Under the pieces are notes generated by a model. It searched no databases and was not told the origin of the DNA. It was given only the letters and a program-made list of their open reading frames with translations. This document shows positions 16,793 through 25,119 of a DNA stretch of 38,536 nucleotides, one piece after another. How positions within the stretch are numbered: position 1 is the stretch's first letter; every line of letters starts with the position of its first letter. Source of the stretch: an uncultured Verrucomicrobiota bacterium (GTDB taxonomy: Bacteria > Verrucomicrobiota > Kiritimatiellia > JAAZAB01); assembly GCA_964458525.1 (NCBI GenBank), contig CAYWJE010000002.1, positions 1 to 38,536 on the forward strand, in the 5' to 3' direction. A program made the position numbers and the translations under genes.

Positions 16793-17368
16793 ATGAAATT
16801 CATGTTTCTATTGGTATGCATTGTGTGCGCGGTGAGCATATCCGCGCTGTCGGTGATTTTTGCAATGGGCAAGGTGCCTTTTTCTGCACCGGTCGAACCG
16901 GTGGTCATCACCTATATTCCGATGAAGGCGCCGCTCACCGTCTTCTCGAGCCAGAAGGAGGTTATGGATGTCCTGATCAGCGACTTGCAGGAGCTTAAGT
17001 CCTCCTACGAAAGCAGGACCGCCGACCTGGCCGTCAGGGAGGAGAAACTTAAGATGATGGAGGACCTGAAGGAGCAGATGGCTTCACTCCAGAAAGGTTT
17101 TGATTCCGTGCTCGTGGAGGTCAAGGCGGCCGAACAGACGAATTTCAAAAGGCTGGCCGATATTTTCAGCAAGATGGATTCGGAGGACGCCGCCACGCTG
17201 CTGCAGAAGATGGAAGGCGACCGCGCCGCCATCATTCTCAACATGATCGGGGAACGACAGGCCGGCGCCATCATGAACGCCGCCGTTAAAAGTCCGGAAG
17301 GTTCCAAATCTGCAGTGGAATGGGCCGACGGCATCAGGAGACTCAAGGCGCAAGCGAGAGGAGGGTAG
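16793..17368 (+). CDS. Membrane-anchored MgtE_N-like flagellar protein (FlbB/YlxF type)
   Basis: N-terminal TM (FMFLLVCIVCAVSISALSVIFA), a coiled coil, then an MgtE-N-like segment (MDSEDAATLLQKMEGDRAAIILNMIGERQAGAIMNA). It occupies the same slot (fliJ to fliK) as ylxF in Bacillus and flbB in spirochaetes. Confidence 0.6.
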   Translation: MKFMFLLVCIVCAVSISALSVIFAMGKVPFSAPVEPVVITYIPMKAPLTVFSSQKEVMDVLISDLQELKSSYESRTADLAVREEKLKMMEDLKEQMASLQKGFDSVLVEVKAAEQTNFKRLADIFSKMDSEDAATLLQKMEGDRAAIILNMIGERQAGAIMNAAVKSPEGSKSAVEWADGIRRLKAQARGG

Positions 17369-17402
17369 GAAAATTAACTTCAGTGAACTTATCAGCAATG
17401 TC

Positions 17403-19139
17403 ATGTCCTCCACCGCGCGGACGGATGGGGAGCAAACGCCCGCAAGGAAGACATCGGGGAAGAGTGAATCCTTCGACAAGATCATGGATCGCATCCTTGA
17501 TTCGAAGGACAGGAAAGCGACGGACGAGCGTCTGAACACGGGATCACAGACAGTTAAGGGCGGCAACAGCAAGGATCAGAAGGCAGCGCCCGATAACGGC
17601 GGCGCAAGGGAGCAAGCTTCTCTCGATGAAGAAACTTCCCTTGAGGTTGCCGTCGCGGGCGCCGTTGAGATGGTTGCCGAAACGGAATCAACAGGATCCG
17701 CTGCGGAGATAGAGCCTCAGGCCGGGACGGAAACCGCGTCTTCCTCGATACTGGAGCAGGTTGTCAGCAGCCCCGCCCTTCTTGTCCAGGTTTTGAACAC
17801 GGACGGCGGAGAGGATGAACAGGTTGAATCCGGCACATCTGACTCCGGCACATCCGCAACCGGCAATGCCGGACCGGAGGTTGAACAAGCCGGGTCGCAT
17901 CCGGGAGAGAGTGTTACGACCGCGGAGCCGAAAGCCGAGGCGGGCGACATCGTGCCCGCGGATACACGACCGGTTTCGGGCGAGGTTCAGATAGAGGCGC
18001 CCCGGCAGGAGGATGTGGTTGAACAGGCGCTTGCGCCTGGGTCGGTGCCTGAACTGCGTCCGGAAAACAGCGCTCAATCAAAACCAGCTGATGGCGGCAG
18101 GACATGGACGGAATCAGGGGAATTGGAGCAGGCCAGGCAGGCTATGGAGCCCGCGCAGGACATTTCTCTTCCAAAACATCTCGAATCCCTCAAGAGCCTG
18201 GAGCTTGCGGCCAGGGCACAAGCTCAAGGAGATGACACGGAAGCCACGCTGGTTTCAAGCGAAAGTGGTCAGGCGACCGCCCCTTCCGAAGAGAATCCCG
18301 TAAGGCCGGTGATGTCGCTCCTTGCGGACGACCAGGCCGCGACAACTCGCGCGGCTTCCGAAATGACGCCCTCGGCTCCGCGGATCGTCGAGGTCGAGCC
18401 GACGCAGGGCCGGGCGAGCAACAACACGCCTGTTTCGGATGTTCCTCAACAGGCGGAATTGCCTTCCGAGCTTGCTGATGCGGATGGGCGGAGACAGTCG
18501 GAAGGCCAAGCGCGGAATGATAACAGAGAGTCGTTTGCCGAGCGCTTCGCCGCCGGCATCCAGGAGAACAGGTTCGCCGCGCGCGCCGATTCCAACCCCG
18601 CCGCGACGTTGGTGAAGGGACCGGACGGTGATTTCGTTCCGACGGTCGGAACGGCGCCCGCGCCGGAGGCCGCCCAGCCGCCTTTTGAACAGATGCTAAT
18701 GAGAGCCGAACGGTTGCAGGAGGTTATACAGCGGTTCGACGAGCACGTGCTTGATCTGACATCCGGCAAGGGAACGTCAATGACCATTAGCCTTGATCCG
18801 CCGAACCTCGGAAAGCTCGTGCTGAGCTGCAAGGAGTCCGGCGAGAATATCTCGATCCAGATTGTGGCATCCAGCAGCCAGGCGCGCGAGTTCCTCGCCG
18901 CCCGCGAGGGAGTGATAAGGGAAATCCTGGCGAACAGGGGCCGCGAACTTGCGGAATTCAACGTCAGAACGGAGGATGACAATCCGGGGCAAAGACAGTT
19001 CACCCGGGAACGCACAAATGAGGATGATGAGCCCACCGGACGGCTGGCGGATATCGCGGAGCCGACAAGAACCGGAGAGCACATCGAGACAAAACAGGAA
19101 GACCGACAAGCTGCAGAGGGAATATGGTACGTTGCGTGA
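17403..19139 (+). CDS. fliK: Flagellar hook-length control protein FliK
   Basis: Long acidic, low-complexity N-terminal ruler. C-terminal Flg_hook-like domain (MTISLDPPNLGKLVLSCKESGENISIQIVASSSQAREFLAAREGVIREIL). Lies before flgD. Confidence 0.7.
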   Translation: MSSTARTDGEQTPARKTSGKSESFDKIMDRILDSKDRKATDERLNTGSQTVKGGNSKDQKAAPDNGGAREQASLDEETSLEVAVAGAVEMVAETESTGSAAEIEPQAGTETASSSILEQVVSSPALLVQVLNTDGGEDEQVESGTSDSGTSATGNAGPEVEQAGSHPGESVTTAEPKAEAGDIVPADTRPVSGEVQIEAPRQEDVVEQALAPGSVPELRPENSAQSKPADGGRTWTESGELEQARQAMEPAQDISLPKHLESLKSLELAARAQAQGDDTEATLVSSESGQATAPSEENPVRPVMSLLADDQAATTRAASEMTPSAPRIVEVEPTQGRASNNTPVSDVPQQAELPSELADADGRRQSEGQARNDNRESFAERFAAGIQENRFAARADSNPAATLVKGPDGDFVPTVGTAPAPEAAQPPFEQMLMRAERLQEVIQRFDEHVLDLTSGKGTSMTISLDPPNLGKLVLSCKESGENISIQIVASSSQAREFLAAREGVIREILANRGRELAEFNVRTEDDNPGQRQFTRERTNEDDEPTGRLADIAEPTRTGEHIETKQEDRQAAEGIWYVA

Positions 19140-19155
19140 ACGCGAGGAGGAGAAT

Positions 19156-19761
19156 ATGTCAGACTTGGAAATAACAGCAATTGACGAGACGAATGAGAGC
19201 GCTATAACGACGGAAGGTTTGACTTTCGACAACACCGTTGAAACTGAGGATACCGCGACGGGCAGTCTGTACAGCAGCAGCACGACTTCCTCTGTCATGT
19301 CGTCCGAGGGCGGGGAACTCGGCAAGGATGAATTTCTCACGCTGCTTCTGACGCAGCTGCAGAACCAGGACCCGATGGAGCCGATGGATAGCACCGAAAT
19401 GGTGGCGCAGTTGGCGCAATTCAGCGCGCTGGAGCAGATGCAGAACCTGAATACGCAGTTCGAGGACTTCAGAGAACAGAGCCTGATACAGTCCCTGTTT
19501 GTTCTGCAAGGTCAGTCGGTAACCCTGGAACTCACCGACGGCTCGACGGTCGAGGGAACGGTGGACAAGATACTCTGGAGCAGCGATTCGATGAAGCTCG
19601 AGATCAACGGCGAGTTGTATGCCCTCGATGAAATCACAGGCATAACGGTTACCAACGCTTCGGAGGAGGAGGTGGCGGAAGCAGCGGGTGAGACATCAGT
19701 AACGGATGGGGAATCAACCTATGAAACTGCGGGAGAAGCACTGAGCGTGACGGAAGAGTAG
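19156..19761 (+). CDS. flgD: Flagellar hook capping/assembly protein FlgD
   Basis: Signature LGKDEFLTLLLTQLQNQDPMEPMDSTEMVAQLAQFSALEQ. The start is taken at ATG 19156 (GGAGGAG RBS), not at ORF start 18949, which overlaps fliK. Confidence 0.85.
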   Translation: MSDLEITAIDETNESAITTEGLTFDNTVETEDTATGSLYSSSTTSSVMSSEGGELGKDEFLTLLLTQLQNQDPMEPMDSTEMVAQLAQFSALEQMQNLNTQFEDFREQSLIQSLFVLQGQSVTLELTDGSTVEGTVDKILWSSDSMKLEINGELYALDEITGITVTNASEEEVAEAAGETSVTDGESTYETAGEALSVTEE

Positions 19762-19813
19762 AGGGATAGGATGTCCCGGTGGCGGGATGTCAAACAACAG
19801 GGAGGGAACGGAT

Positions 19814-20641
19814 ATGTTACAATCATTGGTTAGTGGAATTTCCGGGTTGCGCACGCACCAGAGTCGTCTGGACGTGATAGCGAACGATGTGGCCAACGTG
19901 AACACCGTTGCTTATAAACAGAACGAAGTGACCTTCAAAGAGGCGCTTGTGGACACGATTCGCACGCCTGCTACCGGCACACCTGGCGTCCAGGTGGGCA
20001 TGGGCACTTCGTTGTCATCGATAACGAAGAACTTCGCGTACGGCATGCTCACCAACACGGGCGTGGCATCCAATGTCGCGCTCCAGGGCGAGGGTTTCTT
20101 CATAGTCGAGAACACGGATCCGACAACATTTGCGACCACTGGCGCCCAGTTCTACACCCGCGCTGGCGACTTTGTGCCGGACGTGAAAGATGCGGACACG
20201 GTGTACCTGATCAATTCGGAAGGCCAGGCGCTTATAGGAACCGATGGCAACCCGATCAACCTGGAACCCGCGGGCGCCACGACCCTCGCCTCGTATTCGA
20301 TCAGCACGGATGGAGATGTCACGGTGGTGGATTCCGAGGGAACATCATCGGTGGTGAACACGATCCGTGTCGTGACGTTCCAGAACAATAATGGCTTGAA
20401 CGCGCAGCGTAGCAGTCTCTTCACGTGGACTCCCACCGCCAGTGCCACCGAACCAGTTGCCGCAGCGGCCAACGATTCGAACGTGGGGCTGATTCAGCAG
20501 GGCTATCTGGAGAGCTCGAACACGGAGCTGGCGTCGGAGTTCACGGAGATGATCATCACCCAGCGCGGGTTCCAGGCGAATTCACGAACGATCACGACTT
20601 CCGACGAGATTCTCCAGGAACTCCTGACGCTGAAGAGGTAG
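19814..20641 (+). CDS. flgE: Flagellar hook protein FlgE (short form, about 275 aa)
   Basis: N-terminal motif MLQSLVSGISGLRTHQSRLDVIANDVANVNTVAYK. C-terminal motif QGYLESSNTELASEFTEMIITQRGFQANSRTITTSDEILQELLTLK. Lies after flgD. GGAGGG RBS before ATG 19814. Confidence 0.8.
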   Translation: MLQSLVSGISGLRTHQSRLDVIANDVANVNTVAYKQNEVTFKEALVDTIRTPATGTPGVQVGMGTSLSSITKNFAYGMLTNTGVASNVALQGEGFFIVENTDPTTFATTGAQFYTRAGDFVPDVKDADTVYLINSEGQALIGTDGNPINLEPAGATTLASYSISTDGDVTVVDSEGTSSVVNTIRVVTFQNNNGLNAQRSSLFTWTPTASATEPVAAAANDSNVGLIQQGYLESSNTELASEFTEMIITQRGFQANSRTITTSDEILQELLTLKR

Positions 20642-20702
20642 AAAGAGTAGTTTAACGGGATGAACGGAATGAGTATCTCGAAGATCAACTGCTAATGACC
20701 GG

Positions 20703-20885
20703 TGCGGCGGGACAGGCTGTCCCGCCCTACCATGAACTGCGGCGGGACAGGCTGTCCCGCCCTACCATGAACTGCGGCGGGACAGTCCCGACTCTCTTTG
20801 AGGTCGGGGCCGCCCTACCATTGGAATTCCTGGTAGGGCTACACAGCTCGTTTGTGCGGTCGTCAAATTTCAAATGAGTAGTTAC
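20703..20885. repeat. Palindromic intergenic repeat element (family A): 35-bp hairpin module in 2.4 tandem copies plus the terminal hairpins and tail
   Basis: TGCGGCGGGACAGGCTGTCCCGCCCTACCATGAAC is identical at 20703-20737 and 20738-20772, with a truncated third copy from 20773. CCCTACCATTGGAATTCCTGGTAGGG follows, then CTACACAGCTCGTTTGTGCGG and tail TCAAATTTCAAATGAGTAGTTAC. This parallels 4951-5040. Confidence 0.8.
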
Positions 20886-20996
20886 TGTTTTTTGTGATTT
20901 CCCGCCTTGCGGGACAGGTTTTGCGGCAAACTTTCTCTTTCCCGCAATGGCGGGACAATAGGGCGAAGTGAAGGTTATCCTTGAAAGGAGCACGTT

Positions 20997-21200
20997 ATGA
21001 TACCGGTAACGGATTTGCACGGCAAACAGATATACTTGAACGCCGAGCTCATCGAGCAGGTGACTGCGACACCGGATACTCAGATTCTGCTCACCACCGG
21101 GCACCGCGTCTACGTGGCGGAGCGCCCGGAAGAAATCGCAGAGCGGGTGGTCGCATACCGTCGCGACTGTTCGACGCCTCCGCAGGACAAGAATGTCTGA
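20997..21200 (+). CDS. flbD: Flagellar protein FlbD (SwrD-like)
   Basis: 67 aa. MIPVTDLHGKQIYLNAELIEQVTATPDTQILLTTGHRVYVAE matches the FlbD pattern. GAAAGGAG RBS. Immediately precedes motA, as in Firmicutes and spirochaetes. Confidence 0.8.
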   Translation: MIPVTDLHGKQIYLNAELIEQVTATPDTQILLTTGHRVYVAERPEEIAERVVAYRRDCSTPPQDKNV

Positions 21201-21213
21201 TTAGGTTAAAACT

Positions 21214-21978
21214 ATGGATCTCGGGACAGTCATTGGTCTGATATTGGCATTTGCTCTCGTTCTTGGCGCCATCATGGTCGGCGGGGGCGCGGGGTTTTTC
21301 AACATCCCCTCGATCATGATCACGATAGGCGGGTCTTTTGCAGCCACGCTCATGAACTACCCGCTGCCCAAGATAGTGGGGGTCATGGGCGTCGTGCGCA
21401 AGGCGTTCACCGGCAAAGCCGTTGACTATCTGGCTCAGTACAACAGGATCAATGATTTTGCAACGCGCGCACGGCGCGACGGCATTCTGGCGCTCGAAGA
21501 TGATATTGACAATCTCGATGATCTCTTCCTTAAAAAAGGCATGCAGATGGCGGTTGACGGCAACCCGGCCGATGTGATCAGGCAGGTGCTAAACACTGAC
21601 ATCGAGACGATGCTCCAGCGCCACGTCACCGGGCAGAGCATTTTCAAGGCGCTCGGAAACTACGCGCCGGCCTTCGGAATGATAGGAACACTCATAGGAC
21701 TCGTTCAGATGCTCAGGCAGCTCGATGATCCCAGCACGATCGGCGCCGGCATGGCCGTTGCGCTTCTCACCACCCTCTACGGCGCGCTCGTAGCGAACCT
21801 TTTTGCCCTGCCCATGGCCGGCAAGCTGGAACAGCGCACAAACGAAGAACTGGCGCTTCGCAACATGGTTCTCGAGGGAATTCTCTCGATCCAGGAAGGC
21901 AACAGCCCGCGGGTGGTCCAGGAGAAACTGAAGAGCTTCCTCGCGCCCAGCGTGAGAAAGCAAACAGAAGAGACATGA
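21214..21978 (+). CDS. motA: Flagellar stator protein MotA
   Basis: Four TM segments, a cytoplasmic loop with charged residues, and the MotA/TolQ/ExbB C-terminal signature GAGMAVALLTTLYGALVANLFALPMAGKL. Confidence 0.9.
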   Translation: MDLGTVIGLILAFALVLGAIMVGGGAGFFNIPSIMITIGGSFAATLMNYPLPKIVGVMGVVRKAFTGKAVDYLAQYNRINDFATRARRDGILALEDDIDNLDDLFLKKGMQMAVDGNPADVIRQVLNTDIETMLQRHVTGQSIFKALGNYAPAFGMIGTLIGLVQMLRQLDDPSTIGAGMAVALLTTLYGALVANLFALPMAGKLEQRTNEELALRNMVLEGILSIQEGNSPRVVQEKLKSFLAPSVRKQTEET

Positions 21979-21985
21979 GCATGCA

Positions 21986-22828
21986 ATGGCAAAATCGCTA
22001 AAGACCAAGGAGGTGCTGTGTCCCCAGTGGATGATGACCTTCGGTGATTTCATATCGCTCCTGGTCACGTTCTTCGTGATGCTTATAGCCTTCTCAACCT
22101 TCGAGGAGGCAAAGCTAGCCGCGATGATCGGAAGCCTGAAAGGCGCGCTCGGAGTAACCCAGCAGCCGGGCATTGAAATGCAAATACGGGATCCTGCTCA
22201 CTTTGAGCAGATCCGCGGAATTCTGGATGAGCCGAAATGGCTTTCCATTGATGAGCTCTCTGTTGTGGTGCCGGACTTCCAGATGGCAATGAAGAGATTC
22301 GGCGAGCCAATGTTGAGTTCCGAGAGATACGTTACTGTTGCAATGCTTGATGAGGGCATGGCCATTGTCATCTCCGTCAAGCCCCTGTTCGCGCCGGGAA
22401 CCTCATGTCTCCTGCCGGGAAATGAAAGACTCCTTTCCGAAATCGGAGCTTTTGTCGAGGCCCTTGCAAATGAGGCGCGGGTGATAGGGGTGGTTCATGC
22501 GTCCACCCCTGTGTGCTGCAAGACCGCTACCTCTGTCTGGGGGCTCGCCATCGAGAGGGCGATGGCCCTTCAGGAAGGACTGCTTCTGAAATGCGGATTG
22601 CCCAGGGAAAGGTTCGGGGTCGGGGCGAAGGTGGAGAATTCAGTGTCCGACCCGCGCTCAGACCAGGCGGGGCTGCGTCATCTGATGATGAGGGCAGGAC
22701 CACGACTGCAAATTCCAGTAGATGATCCGGTTTTAGCCTCAGAGCATATGGAGATAATCATAATGGGTCGCCAGGCATTCGACGAAATGTCGGCCGAAGA
22801 GGTCATCGTGCGCGATAAGTGGGAATGA
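21986..22828 (+). CDS. motB: Flagellar stator protein MotB (channel Asp present; divergent OmpA-like C-terminus)
   Basis: N-terminal PQWMMTFGDFISLLVTFFVMLIAFS carries the invariant Asp. Weak OmpA-like segment SVWGLAIERAMALQEGLLLKCGLPRERFGVGA. Directly follows motA. Confidence 0.8.
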   Translation: MAKSLKTKEVLCPQWMMTFGDFISLLVTFFVMLIAFSTFEEAKLAAMIGSLKGALGVTQQPGIEMQIRDPAHFEQIRGILDEPKWLSIDELSVVVPDFQMAMKRFGEPMLSSERYVTVAMLDEGMAIVISVKPLFAPGTSCLLPGNERLLSEIGAFVEALANEARVIGVVHASTPVCCKTATSVWGLAIERAMALQEGLLLKCGLPRERFGVGAKVENSVSDPRSDQAGLRHLMMRAGPRLQIPVDDPVLASEHMEIIIMGRQAFDEMSAEEVIVRDKWE

Positions 22829-22850
22829 TTGTGCGGAGAGGGGAAAGGGC

Positions 22851-23549
22851 ATGGCGAAGCTTAAGGAAAAGCCTGAAGAGGGAGCGCCCGCGTACATGGG
22901 ACAATTTGCCTCGCTCATGACAATCATGCTTGCTTTTTTTATAGCGTTGCTTAGTCTTGGTACGGAAAAGGCGGCAACTTTTCGCGACGCGCTTGGAAGC
23001 GTGCAGACAGCGTTCGGGGCGGACGCCGGGATAGGCGTTCTGAGCTTCGTTAAGATGCTTATGCCCGGGAGGCCGGCGGTCGAGATGGATTCGACGGGCG
23101 ACGAGAAGCTTTTTCTTGGTTATACGAAAGGGACTTTTCAACAGCAGAGATTCAGTCTTGATCATATAGCGGACACTGAATTGCAGTCGTTGAAGCGGAT
23201 TGTGCGGGTATCCACTCCCATTAGGTTCGCACCGGCGGATACCGCGATTGACAGCGCCGGCCAGGTGTTTCTGGATCGCTTTGCCGGCATGTTGCGCGGC
23301 ATGCCGGAACGTAATGTGACGGTGTCGTGTTACAGCTCGACCGCCAGCGGGGCCGCCGATCAGGTGATCGCCGCGCGCCGTGCAGCGGCGGTGGTTCGCT
23401 ACCTGATAGAGAATGGAGGCATAGAGCCGGAACGTCTGCTGCCCATGGGGTATTCGGAGGTCCGTTACCTTGGGGATGTCGCCGCGCATGATCCAGAACA
23501 GGCAACGCTGTTTTTCATAAGCTCAAGCCCGATGAAGACGGGGCTGTGA
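22851..23549 (+). CDS. MotB-like OmpA-domain protein lacking the conserved channel Asp (Ser substitution)
   Basis: GAPAYMGQFASLMTIMLAFFIALLSL aligns to the MotB TM segment with Ser at the Asp position. C-terminal OmpA-like motif AARRAAAVVRYLIENGGIEPERLLPMGYSE. GGAGAGGGGAAAGGG RBS region. Confidence 0.7.
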   Translation: MAKLKEKPEEGAPAYMGQFASLMTIMLAFFIALLSLGTEKAATFRDALGSVQTAFGADAGIGVLSFVKMLMPGRPAVEMDSTGDEKLFLGYTKGTFQQQRFSLDHIADTELQSLKRIVRVSTPIRFAPADTAIDSAGQVFLDRFAGMLRGMPERNVTVSCYSSTASGAADQVIAARRAAAVVRYLIENGGIEPERLLPMGYSEVRYLGDVAAHDPEQATLFFISSSPMKTGL

Positions 23550-23582
23550 TCAGTGAGATGATCAACAAACAGGAGAAATGTC

Positions 23583-24110
23583 ATGGCCGAAGAAACCGCT
23601 AAAAATGAAGCCGGCGAAGCCGCGGAAGGTGATGCGGCAGTGCCGCCCAAATCCGGGAAAAAATCCGACCTGATGATTGTCGTCATAGTGGGACTGCTGG
23701 TCATCGTTCTCACGCCGCTTGCGACCTTCTTTGTGGTGAAGAAGGCCGCGCCGCCGTCCGAGGAAGACGCGGAGAAGGAGGCGCTGGTTGTCGAGGGTGA
23801 TATTCTGGGTTTCGATCTCAAACCTGTCAATGTCAACATCGCGCAGACCAAGGGCACCCGCTTTCTGCGCCTCGACGTGACGTTGGTCGTGAGCGAGCCG
23901 GGCATGGTGGAGGAACTTAAGAAATACAACTCCCTGCTCACCGACAGGGTGATACTGGCGGCGAGCCGCAGGACGATAGACGAACTGGAGGGGCCAAAAG
24001 GCAGGGAGGCTCTGAAGAGGGACATCATCAGCGAGGTCAACGCGGCCATCAAGGGCAGGATCAATGGCGCGGTGACTGACGTGTATTTCAAGGAATTCCT
24101 TATCCAGTGA
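23583..24110 (+). CDS. fliL: Flagellar basal-body-associated protein FliL
   Basis: Single TM (LMIVVIVGLLVIVLTPLATFFVV) and a FliL-like periplasmic domain (FDLKPVNVNIAQTKGTRFLRLDVTLVV...VTDVYFKEFLIQ). Lies before fliM. Confidence 0.75.
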   Translation: MAEETAKNEAGEAAEGDAAVPPKSGKKSDLMIVVIVGLLVIVLTPLATFFVVKKAAPPSEEDAEKEALVVEGDILGFDLKPVNVNIAQTKGTRFLRLDVTLVVSEPGMVEELKKYNSLLTDRVILAASRRTIDELEGPKGREALKRDIISEVNAAIKGRINGAVTDVYFKEFLIQ

Positions 24111-24116
24111 GGTCGT

Positions 24117-25115
24117 ATGGCACAGATTCTCTCACAGGAAGAGATTGACGCCCTTCGCGAAGCTGTGAAGAGCGGGGAGGGGCTCGATGAGGGCGTCGCT
24201 GCGGAGGAGAGCAGCGGCCAGGTGAAGGTGGTGGCGTATAATTTCCGCCGCCCCCAGATCATGTCGGGCGACCAGTTTCACTCGCTGCGCCTTGTTCACG
24301 AGACTTTCGCCAACACCTTCAGGGCAAGCCTCTTCGCCGCGCTTAAAACAAATGCCGAGATCAACATGGTCGCGGTTGACCAGATGACCTACGGCGAGTT
24401 TGTGCTCTCCGCCTCAAACCCGACTTACCTCTCGGTCTTGACCACGAATCCCAATGTGGGTAACATGGAGATGGAATTCAATCTCTCCATCGTGACGTCA
24501 ATGGTTGACATCCTTCTCGGCGGAGACGGCTCGTTCTCGTTCGAGAACAGGGGGCTGACCGCGCTCGAGAGGGACATAGTCACCGGGGTGATGGACTCCC
24601 TCATGGCGGATCTCAAGATCGCCTGGACCAATATCGCCGACGTCACTTTTGCCATGTCCTCCGTCGAGTCCAATCCCGAGTACATCCAGCTGACCAGGCC
24701 GGAGACCCCCTGCGTGAGCGTTACCTTCGATGTCCACCTGGGGAAGCTGGCCGGTGTGTTGACAATATGCTATCCGTCGATTACGCTGGAGGGCGTGTTT
24801 GCAAAATCGGAAGAGCGCTCGCAGAAGAAGAAGCTGCTTGAAAGCGATAAGACCGAGACAAAGAAAATGAAGGACGCGCTTGACAGCGTGCCGCTGGATG
24901 TCCGTTCATCGATCGGACCGACGAGGATAACCGCTCAACAGGTGATGGCTCTGAAACCGGGCGATATCATTGACCTCAACAGGAGGATCAGTAAGCCGGT
25001 TGACGTGTATATCGAAAGCCAGCTCGCGTACGCCGCCGAGATCGGTCAATACGAGGGGAAGACAGCCGTGTGCCTTCTGAGGCCGCGCATGATTGAACAA
25101 GCCAAAAAGGAATAG
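24117..25115 (+). CDS. fliM: Flagellar motor switch protein FliM
   Basis: N-terminal ILSQEEIDAL motif, a central FliM domain (YNFRRPQIMSGDQFHSLRLVHETFA) and a C-terminal SpoA-like domain (LKPGDIIDLNRRISKPVDVYIESQ). Confidence 0.9.
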   Translation: MAQILSQEEIDALREAVKSGEGLDEGVAAEESSGQVKVVAYNFRRPQIMSGDQFHSLRLVHETFANTFRASLFAALKTNAEINMVAVDQMTYGEFVLSASNPTYLSVLTTNPNVGNMEMEFNLSIVTSMVDILLGGDGSFSFENRGLTALERDIVTGVMDSLMADLKIAWTNIADVTFAMSSVESNPEYIQLTRPETPCVSVTFDVHLGKLAGVLTICYPSITLEGVFAKSEERSQKKKLLESDKTETKKMKDALDSVPLDVRSSIGPTRITAQQVMALKPGDIIDLNRRISKPVDVYIESQLAYAAEIGQYEGKTAVCLLRPRMIEQAKKE

Positions 25116-25119
25116 CACC

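Noticed and set aside
18949-19155. Upstream extension of the flgD ORF overlapping the fliK 3' end
   Set aside because: This is the same situation. The extension overlaps the conserved FliK C-terminal domain in another frame. ATG 19156 has a GGAGGAG RBS and yields a typical FlgD.
20703-20785. Possible CRISPR array suggested by 35-bp direct repeats with an internal palindrome
   Set aside because: The repeats are directly adjacent with no spacers. There are only 2.4 copies, no cas genes are present, and the unit belongs to a hairpin repeat family also seen at 4951-5040.
20910-20926. Weak sigma54-like box CGGGACAGGTTTTGCGG upstream of flbD-motAB
   Set aside because: GG-N10-GC spacing and TTGC are present, but the -24 half is poor (CGGGAC). 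It also overlaps a repeat-derived hairpin. It is too weak to call without transcript data.
20695-21104. ORFs 20695-20877 (+) and 20727-21104 (-) in the flgE-flbD gap
   Set aside because: Their sequence is generated by the tandem palindromic repeats (repeating GRDRLSRPTMNCG-type peptides). They have no RBS and no coding-like composition.
20981-21241. ORF 20981-21241 (+) overlapping flbD in another frame
   Set aside because: The 20997-21200 frame gives a textbook FlbD sequence with a GAAAGGAG RBS. The overlapping frame is Arg/Gly-rich with no motif.
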